Assembly (NCBI GenBank): GCA_904063045.1
Contig: CAJFCJ010000019.1
Coordinates: 1,627,700-1,691,699, forward strand
DNA length: 64,000 nucleotides
Source of the DNA: Dimorphilus gyrociliatus
Lineage: Eukaryota; Animalia; Annelida
Reading direction: 5' to 3'
The number at the start of each line of letters is the position of its first letter. Within the stretch, counting starts at the first letter, position 1. A model generated the notes under the pieces. The model saw only the letters and a program-made list of their open reading frames with translations. It was not told the origin of the DNA and searched no databases. A program made the position numbers and the translations under genes. Shown here one piece after another: positions 51,220 to 61,500 of the stretch.

Positions 51220-52084
51220 TGACAATACGGATGAAATTAGGCAGAAAGAATATCTAAAACTATTGTACATTAATGAGAAAACCATTAGTTATACATAGTT
51301 GCACACAGATCAATTTTCTTGCATGAAATCCGATGTCGAGGGGGAAAAAATCACATTTCATTTATCCAATATATAATAATAGTGTTTTCTTTTTAAATAT
51401 ATACACTACATTGAGTATATACAAATATATGCGTATATTTAAAAGAAAGAGAGGAAGAAAGTAATAAACTCTACTTGATAAATTATACGATGTCTAGCCG
51501 TTTGTTTGTTTATACTCCATAGAGAGGAGGGAGACAAAGTTAAACTGTTTTTTTTCTTTGCTATTGTTTTGCCTTGATACAATTAGGTAAGAAATATTTA
51601 AAGAAAATCATTTTCTTTATCTACATTCTTCTCTCTCTCGCTCTCTTTGTGTTTTCTCTATCTTTCTCATAGAAAACCATTCAAAATTTCTTAATCGTAT
51701 TATTATGAATGTGGGCAGAGAAAGAGAACATTAATATTATATACAACTACTAGCATAGCATAGAGCAGGTAATATCGAATATAAATATATAAAGATATCG
51801 ACAACTAAATAATCCTATTTAGTTTTTAAATCTATAAAGCCCGTCGCTTTAAGCAAGTTACTTTATTATACAGTGGCTCCCTCTCTTGTTTATCTTTTAC
51901 GTAATAATTTTTTTTCAAATATATACTTTCCATTAATCTTTATACTGTATATATATATATATCTTCCGTATATATAATCTAGTATAAAGTGATTATCATT
52001 GTTTTATTGATCGAACATCACCATTTTCCCCCTCTTCATCTGAGAGATGAATGAGAATTGATAATTGTAAAACGTAGAATAAAA

Positions 52085-53389
52085 ATGTCAGTCTTTTTAA
52101 TCTTATCGATATTAATAAGTCTGATAGAACTTGGAATAACGATTGAATGCGAAAAGCCATGTGAATTAACAAGTGATAGCGTTTCTTGTAAATGGAATAG
52201 TTTGTGGAATAACTCGAATATTATATCTAAAGCTAAAAATTGCCTAGAAACTTCAAATTATAATGAATTAAGTCTAGTTTTGGCCAAAAATACAAATATT
52301 AATAAGGAGCTACTGCAATCGTTGACCTCCGTCGTTAAATTATCGTTTGAAGAGGGTAATAAAATTGTGAAATTACACCCAGAAGCTTTTCGTTCTCTTT
52401 ACAATTTACAAGAGTTAAATTTACAAAATACAGGCGTCCAATATATAGATATTTTAAATGCCTTACCAGCCATAAGAGACCAACTGAAAGTTATTCGGGT
52501 AGGTCAAACAGGTACGAAATGCAACTGCGATTGGTTTCTTCTCAAGAAAAAACTAGAAGAACTAAATGTAAAGTACCAAGATCCAAATAATCCCAACTGT
52601 GATGACTACGACGAAGCGCAGAATAAGAAACTCTGCTTTAATTTTTCCCAAACCGCAATATATATTTACCAGCGTGAAGTGGTCAGAGTGAATAGGGCGG
52701 TTTTATGCTTTGCAGTGATCATTATATTATTTGCTTGCACACTCATGTTCGCGGCCCTCCTTTGCGCACTCTCGAAACCGTTCAATTTTAAGAATAATTA
52801 TTTGGAAGGAGAAGAAGAGGAAGCCTATGATATTGACAGGTTGAACTGTACATACTCAGATAATTACGATCTACAAGGGTCTCATTCTTCAAGATTATCC
52901 AATATCTCTCCTCCATCAGGTTGGACTGAAGGAGAGATGAAACAGATAGCGAAAACTCTTAAATCTAATGGCGCCCGCTCTACAGGTCATTTAACTATTG
53001 CTACCCCGGGTAGTGAAGGTCCAAGAATCAGAGTAGCTTCAAAAGCGGTAAAAGTCGACAATCTACCGTCTAAAAACGGAGCTCTAAATATCCCACTAAG
53101 TCAGTCAGCTTATTGTTATAAACCTATAGGTGACCATAATCAAGAGGATAAGCTTATTCGGCCAACTAGAAATACAATTGAGCGGAATACTTATCAATCG
53201 GGCGTTGACCTCAACCTCAAAATTGACAGTCGAACGAATAAATCATTTACTATTGAAAAAACGTGCGGAGGAAGGCGTCTAATCTTATCAAAGGCTAACT
53301 CTTTCGAGGAAAATATAACCGTGGCCGACTCGTGTACAGTGGATGATAAGCGCAAGATAACTCTCTCTAAGGAGCGTGTCTCTCCTTGA
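52085..53389 (+). CDS. Single-exon LRR/LRRCT type I membrane protein
   Basis: Signal peptide MSVFLILSILISLIELG; LRR units LSFEEGNKIVKLHPEAFRSLYNLQELNLQNT; LRRCT CNCDW...C; TM AVLCFAVIIILFACTLMFAALLCAL; long tail. Confidence 0.85.
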   Translation: MSVFLILSILISLIELGITIECEKPCELTSDSVSCKWNSLWNNSNIISKAKNCLETSNYNELSLVLAKNTNINKELLQSLTSVVKLSFEEGNKIVKLHPEAFRSLYNLQELNLQNTGVQYIDILNALPAIRDQLKVIRVGQTGTKCNCDWFLLKKKLEELNVKYQDPNNPNCDDYDEAQNKKLCFNFSQTAIYIYQREVVRVNRAVLCFAVIIILFACTLMFAALLCALSKPFNFKNNYLEGEEEEAYDIDRLNCTYSDNYDLQGSHSSRLSNISPPSGWTEGEMKQIAKTLKSNGARSTGHLTIATPGSEGPRIRVASKAVKVDNLPSKNGALNIPLSQSAYCYKPIGDHNQEDKLIRPTRNTIERNTYQSGVDLNLKIDSRTNKSFTIEKTCGGRRLILSKANSFEENITVADSCTVDDKRKITLSKERVSP

Positions 53390-53924
53390 ATAAGATTGTA
53401 TGATTCGAAATCTAATTCTCAAACAATTAAAACTAATAATAAAACTTCTAAAGGGCTGGATTAAGATATAAAGCGCCGTCTATAGAATAAAAACGACATC
53501 TATAGTTAAATAAGTTCGTCTTTTCAGTTCTTGTTCGAACGAGTATAGTGTTGTTTTTTTTTTTGTATCAGAAGAATGATTTTCCTTCATTGATCATTTA
53601 GCCTCAGTAAATCGGTTGAAAAAGCCATTTCTATTTCTCAAACTTTTCCCCTCTGCTCTCTCAATGCTACTCCAAAGACGGAATAGGAAGTTTCCTAATG
53701 AAAACAATAAATCTTAGTTAGAAGATTATAATTGTTGTGAAGCGAGAGAAAAAAAAACATATCAACAAAAAGGTGGAAAAACAGGGAAAGATAGTACGAA
53801 AAACAGAGGAGATATACACAGAGAGAGAGAGATAGAGAGAGAGAGAAGGGAGAGAGAAAAATATAGACCAGCGCACCTAACTCCGCTTAGCGACGTTCTT
53901 TTGTCGCCTTTTGTGTCATAAAAC

Positions 53925-56900
53925 ATGTCTACGAGATTGCATAGTGGAGCGCCGCCGTTTTCTAATGAAGAATTCGAAGAAAAACTGGAAAGATTTCGTG
54001 ATTTGATAAAAGAGATAACTTTACAAGGCTACGAAGCAACACCAGAGGAGAGACGCCAAATTATAACCGGTAACAACTATTCATTTCAATAAAAAATAGA
54101 TATAACAAAGTGTTCGTCGTTTAATTATTTAACATTTACACAATATTGATTAAATATAATCGTCGTTTATTCGTTATTTCATTGTAATATTTGTTTATTC
54201 ACTAATAATCAATCAATCAACTTTTTTTTCCCTTCTTTCTTTTAACATGTTCAACTTTATTTATTAAAAAAAAGAACAACTCCGATATGATCAGTTCAGT
54301 GATTCCATCCGACAATTGTTTGGTTCTGATATTAGGAATCAAAACTTAAAAAACATATATAGAAAGATCTCAACTAATCCTGATGCACCGGTTGATTGGA
54401 GCGAGGTAAAATAAAATATTCAATAATGATATCCGCTGTGATTATCTTGCTTCTCACCACTCGTTCAGATATTTGGCCTATTGCATCCTGATCAGGAAGA
54501 AGCAACCGAAAATTATGGACTACCTGAAGAAGTGTCCGTATTTACTGTTGGAGCTAGACGGAGGATAGGAGAAGCTGCAGGAAATCGTAAAAGGAGAGAT
54601 GTTGTTCAAAATATTAGATATATTCCAGGGCAGGACTGCTATTTAACTGCTTCGCAACAAGGATCATTGTCTGTTTGGTCTGCGTCTAAGTTACGACTTG
54701 TTGCATGTGCCGATATTCGTGTAAGTAAACATTTTATTACCAATGTTTGTAATAAAGAAAATATCTACAGGAAAAATCCTGGGTTACCGGTTGCGATTAC
54801 TTACCTGGATTAAGACGGGTATTGACTTGTACTGAGAGGGGTCTAGTTATCTGGGACATAAGAGCTAAAAGTAACAATCAACAAATGTTTGTTATAAAGC
54901 CAATCGAGCATTCTCCGCAATGTTGTTGCTACTTGCCACCGGCAGCTAATCCTTTTCAATCGGACAATCCTAAAGAATCTAATAATGCGTATGACGACAT
55001 ATTATTATTTGGTGACGACCAGGGCTGTGTCAACGTTCTTGCTCTATCTGCCTCTGATTTAACAGTTAAGAATCCAACAAAGGATAGAAGATATTCTCAA
55101 AGCGAAAATTATACTATTAATCCAAATAAACTTACCACTCCGATTAGGAGGAGACGTTTACATAACGATTGGGTTGTCAAGGTTAAATATTTCAAAGATT
55201 TAAGGTGTTTCGCTTCATGCTCTCCTTCGTCTTCGAAATCTTTTGTTCTTGAAGAAGTCGAAAGACTTTTGGACGATGGTCCAGTTCGCGGTGTAGCTAT
55301 CTCCAAAGGTGTTAATGCTTTCGATTATTGCGCAAGATCTAATGTAATAGCTACTGGGGGAGTAGATAAAATAATAAGGGTCTGGCATCCGCATATCTTT
55401 TCCAGACCTACAGGAAAACTTATGGGTCATCTTTTTACAATTGTCGATATTGTTTGCAATGAGAAAGACCAACACATCATTAGCTTAAGTACAGCAAGAG
55501 TTGTTCGTATATGGGATATTCATACTTTAACAAGCCTGCAAGTCTTTTCTGATACCGAAGAACGTGCTGGAGAAAAAAGGATATATTCTATGCTGTTTGA
55601 CAACAAATATGATCGACTCCTAACTGGCTCAAGCGTCCTTGATGTTTGGCCTTTAACTAGATCAGTTCAAGATACAATGCAAGTTCCTCATACTCATGAT
55701 CGTCCAGTTTCTGGTTTAATTATAAATGCAGAACTGCAGCAAGTAATTACAGTTTGTACAGAACCAACAATGAAAGTTTGGGAGATTGAAGCTGGAAAAC
55801 TTGTATTCCAAGTTCACGAACTGCACGGCAGAGGTATCGAGGTAACGTCAATGGCTGTTGATTCGTCAGGTTATCGATTAGTAACTGGAGCAGCGGACGG
55901 CTCAATAAAAGTTTGGGATCTTGGGTCTGGGCAAGTGATTAAAACGTCACTTGGAAAGGGCACTGGTGATGATGATGAATATGCTGTAGTCTCTATAGCC
56001 TATAATTTAATAAATGGTGTCAGACACCTTATAGTTGCTGGTAGGGGAAACAGCTTATTGCTCATGCGTGATAGCAACGAATCAACCGAATTAGAGTACG
56101 TTTATTCATTTAAAGAGTATTTAAGAAATACCGGAAGTACAAGTGCTAACTCTTTATCCTCGGAAACCTCATTCAAAACATTATCAGATACTCGCAGATC
56201 ACGATCCCAGATAACTAGTGCCTTTAGAAAGGTAACAATTATTATTTCGATAAATCTATAAAGGTATATACAACATTTAAAACTACAACCAGGACCAAGT
56301 TCTTTCTCAACATGAAATAAGAAGTATGACTTGCTTAACTCGAGATGATTTAGAGTCCTACATTGCAATAGGATGCCATTCCGGAGCAGTATTATTATGG
56401 TCTTTAAATAATAGAGAATTAATTAAAATGTACAAGCATAAAATATATAAATATTCTCATATTCCGTGTAATCATTGATTAATCAATATATGCAGAATGC
56501 TTCCGCCAGTCCCATCAAGGTCGCATTCAAGATCGTCTAAAAGGAGTGGTAAACTACCAAGAACAGTTCCCCTAGTAAACAGGGCAGTTAACGCAGTTCT
56601 TTTCCTTGTACATAAAAGACGTCGAATTGATCCAGCCTATTTAGAAAGGTAATCGAAAATTTAAAGTAAAATGATCCGAATAGAATTGTCGAATTTACTT
56701 TTTTTTTTATTTTACTTATTAGAAAAGCGCAAAAAGCAAAACAAGAAGTTGATACATCTCCAAGACGTTCTATATCTTCCAGAGCCTCTCGTGCCTCTCG
56801 AATGTCCAGAGCATCACTTGCTCAATCAGTTGCTAAGGTAAACCATTAAGCTCAATCTAATATCTATAAAGATTCATACCGTTTGAATAACTTTCCAATA

Positions 56901-58219
56901 GTCAATTGTTAGTCGGCAAGATGGTTCTCCCCACCTAGGTATTGATAGTCTTCAAGACCAAAAAGTAGAAGATGAAGGAACAGAAACTGAAACGGAAGAG
57001 GATGACTTAACGTCTCATACAATTGAGGAAGTGTTTGAACCAGTATTAGCATCTTGCCATAAAGATGGCTATGTGCGGATGTGGAATTTACAGGGAGAAC
57101 TACTATTAGAATTATCTTCATTCATGTCAAAGGACTCAGCGACTCCAATAACGTCTATATGCAGCGACAGTGATTCAAAATATATTGTTATAGCAGACAG
57201 TAGTAAGTATAGAGTAGAATTGAAATCGAATAGACTTGGAAATCTATTTATATATTCATAAAAGGTAACTTCGATCTTATGTTTCTTTAGAGGGATATCT
57301 GAATCTATGGGATGTATCGAATTTCCTTATGAATCCTAAACAAGCCAATGCGGCTGATGCAGTTGATCAATTGATCTGCTGGCGTGGACACTTGACTAGA
57401 ATAACAAGACTTGGATATATATCATCATCGTCATTAATTATATCTGCAGCTGTTGATGGTTCGGTTCGACTATGGTGGGGAAAGAAAGGACGATTTGCGG
57501 GATTTTTTGGACAACAGAGGGCACTATCTTTACCTAATAGCGAAGAAACTGCGGGAATGTTGGTTCAACCGTATGATATTACTGAGGTTTTTATTATTAT
57601 ATAGATTTTATAGGTGTAAGAGAATTAAACGTTTTTCATTTATTACCGTATTAGGCACCTTTTGTACCACCTCATCGATCTGATAAGATCAAAGTGCAAA
57701 GATCAATGCAAAGAAAGTTTGAATATCCTTTAGTATTTGACAAGCATAAATGGAAAACTTTTAGAAGATCAGCATACGAAGCTCAAAGAGAAAATGAAAG
57801 TGCTAGAGAAGAACCAGAAGATAAAAAATGGTTTGAAGCTTTAGTAAAACCAAAAATTGAACCAGGAAGCGTTGAAACCCTACCAAAGAGTGAAGGTCGA
57901 CACGGAGCTATATTTGGCTCCCTACCTGTTTATAAGGTAAGCAGAATAAAATAGAAAAGCTAAAAGTAATTACTATTACTCTAATGCTTCGCAGCTCTCA
58001 ACGGAAGAAAAGCCTCAAATGCCTGAGCATTTAATGTTGTTGCCAAGACAATCCGATAAAGACGGCAGAGGAAAATTTAGGGCAATTAATCACTTTTTAC
58101 AAGGTGGAAGAGCCTTGACAAAAGCAATGGAAAAAGATCAAAAGAGAAAACGTCTACCTCCGTTAAACACTTCTCGCTCCTCTCCACCAAACCTCCTACT
58201 CACAGTTAATAAACAGTAA
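53925..58219 (+). CDS. Degenerate EF-hand + WD40 repeat protein of the WDR49/WDR64/EFCAB8 (WDY-like) group, multi-exon
   Basis: N-terminal IYRKISTNPDAPVDWSE (degenerate EF-hand); WD repeats LHNDWVVKV, IATGGVDKIIRVW, LMGHLFTIV, LVTGAADGSIKVWD, WRGHLTRIT. Confidence 0.85.
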
Positions 58220-58592
58220 AAAGAGTTCAAAACTATAAGCTTTATCATCTTTAAACATAATTCAAGTATTTAAAAACAAGTGAATAAACAAGCTAAGATA
58301 AGAATCTAGCGGGATTTTTCATAAAGAGTCAAATGGAAGAAACCAAAATAAAATTGTGCATAAAGTGAACATAATAAAGAATGGACTATATATATAAATA
58401 TACTAGTAGAATAAAAGTAAAGAAACTTTACCATTGGAGTAGAATTTAAGATAGAATGTAGAGGGAGTTAGTAGTATAAATGCGTCGCAAAAAAAAAGAA
58501 ATATAAGAATTGAAAACAAATTAGCTCAAGTGAGTCAGAGGGTAGATCGTGTAAAAAGATTCAGGTCGGTGACATCGCGGTCACTATAGAAC

Positions 58593-61500
58593 TCAATCAA
58601 GCGGAACTTTTTCAGACTCAGAAGTAACATATATATCACTAATGGCTTTTTGTCGTTGACTTAATTTTTCAAAATTCTGCAAAAATGAATAACTTGCTAA
58701 TTATTTAATGAAAACAAATAAACAAACTAAATTATTTACCTTTGCGCCAGAAGATTTCCTTGATAGCCAAAATGCGATCATTACAACAAGGCCTATTACG
58801 CATAAGAAGGCTACAACACCGGAAATAATCAGCGCCAAAAGAGTACTATCCGAATCTTTATCATCTTCATCTTCGTCTTTTGTAGTGTCAACTTCAGTTA
58901 ATTTATGCGTTGTTTGAGGCTTTTCAGCAACGGCCGTTAGTTTGAGTTTAAGATTTGGTTCGTTCCATTCAATCGTGAATTTCTCTGTTGAGATCTATAG
59001 AAGAGATAGAAGAAATATCTTTTATTCCCTTTTTGTAACTCAATAGAGAATGAGTAATAGTCACATGTAATAGTTATTTTTTCCCTTTTTTAAAAAGACA
59101 CATTGTGATAAAATAAGTAAATATATATCACTATTCTATATGGTTCTATTACCTTTCTAAAGAAATTATCCATTTCTGCGGATACATCTCTGTTAGTTTT
59201 CACTTCATAGTGCACTATGATACTTCCTCGAACGACCTTAATAAATAAAAAAAGAGAGCAATTAATAAATATTAATAAGAACTATATCAATAAATAAATG
59301 TAAACCTACATTTTTAATTTGAATATGATTAAAAGAAATTTCCAATTCCGACGCGATTTTCTTTGCCATATCACTGTTTGATTTGAAGTTTATATTCAGT
59401 AATGATATTTCAATATTTTATATTTTACCTCTTAAATTTTAGAACGCCAACTTTATTAACAATACTAAACGAATGATCGAATTTGATGCTTGATACGAAT
59501 TGTCTAATTTCTTGAGTTTCTAGAATAATGAATTGTTTTAATTAGTATAGTAATTATCTTTATATTAGGAGACCTACTGCAATTAAGCAAGTCTGATTCG
59601 GATTTCTTAACAGATATTTGAGAAAGTTGTTGTCCTCTTGGATCAACGCAGAAGCATATCGTATCTGAGCACTGTTTAGGACGGAATGCACCATCATCGG
59701 TACATTGTGGTTTCCAATCACCCGTAATATTCATCATCTTATCCAGGACGTATTTTGCGTGCCTTCGATGACATAATTTTATTGTTTTTTGACAGTTTAC
59801 AGTTGTCTTTTTAATAGGATCAATGAAGAGAGTTTTATTACATGAACAAAAGTCCATTTGGCAATATGCTTCGGGATATTTATGGCAAGTTGCATTTATA
59901 TCGCTGCATTGCATTGCCTGATTTTCACATGGCTCCATTTCTTTGCATAAAACCCCTTGACATCTCTTAATGCACTCTCCCTTTGTCTTGAAATTATTTT
60001 TATTTCCATTTATACCGTTATACAAAAATGAGCGACACGTTTCTGATGAAGAATCATAGTAGTATCTTTCTTCACCAGAGGTTCCCACTCCGGTCAATGA
60101 CATTGAACAGACATTTGAATGATCTTTATCCTTAGCTAAAAAAAGAAATGAATGCTTGTGAGTCACTAACTCGAGTTTCCCTAAACAATTTGTTTAAGCT
60201 TACTTTCAATAAGGGTACAGTTAACCTTCTTTTCACCTATGAAATATTCAACCGAGCAATTTTTACCACAAGGATTAATTCTACATTCTGCTCTTGGATG
60301 CTCTCTGCACTTAAACATTGAGCACAAAGATTCGTTACAACTCCTTAAAGAATCCTTTCGATTGCAAACTAAAAAACGTACAATATTTTTAGGATAGTTT
60401 AAAAATGACACAAAATTATATATATATAAATTTATATATATATACTTGATGTGTTTTTATATTGCTTCGAGCAATTAGGTATACCACTAGTTGTTCGAGT
60501 GCCGGGAATTACTGTTCCATTAGGGAAGGAACACCACCGTACACCAAGTGAAACTGAGAACTGGATTTTACTGAAATCTCCATTTTTGTCACAGGATGGC
60601 ATTGTAATAGGCATACTGCTATTCAGCATCAAACTAATATTGGCTAGTTCTCTTGCATGTTGACATTTTGTTATCTCGAAGGGTATTGCTATTATTTAAT
60701 TTTTAATAAAACAAAATCATTTTAAACTCAATAGGCAGTAAATAAAGTACCTTTTAAACACGTTGTTCCTGCTCCTGTATCACAGCATTTCCAGTCATCA
60801 GAACCAAACCTATTGATACAATGTTCATCTTCGTGACATTCCATTGATGATGAGCCTGAAATTCCTTTGGGGCAATATCCCTTTACAACGCCTAAAAATA
60901 AATTTCATTTTGACAAAAAAAACATAAAAAAAAATACTGACGATGAGCAAACTTGTGTTTACAATGGGCATATCTATTTCCCCAGTTACCTGTTCCCCAA
61001 TCACTAGTACTAGGTCTTCCAGTTCCCCATCTACCTGTGCCATATCCACCAGTTCCCCACCTGCCTGTACCATAGCCACCAGTTCCCCATCTACCAGTAC
61101 CATATCTTCCAGTTCCCCATCTACCAGTGCCGTATCTTCCAGTTCCCCATCTACCAGTGCCGTATCTTCCTGTTCCCCATTTTCCTGTTCCATATCTTCC
61201 AGTTCCCCAATAACCAGTACTGGGTCTGCCTGTTACCCACGGACAAATACATGGTCTGCCTGTTCCCCAACTTCCAGTTCCCCATCTACCAGTGCCGTAT
61301 CTTCCAGTTCCCCATTTACCAGTACCATATCTTCCAGTTCCCCATCTACCAGTGCCGTACCTTCCAGTTCCCCATTTACCAGTACCATATCTTCCAGTTC
61401 CCCATCTACCAGTGCCGTATCTTCCAGTTCCCCATTTACCAGTACCATATCTTCCAGTTCCCCATTTACCAGTACCAAATCTTCCAGTTCCCCATTTACC

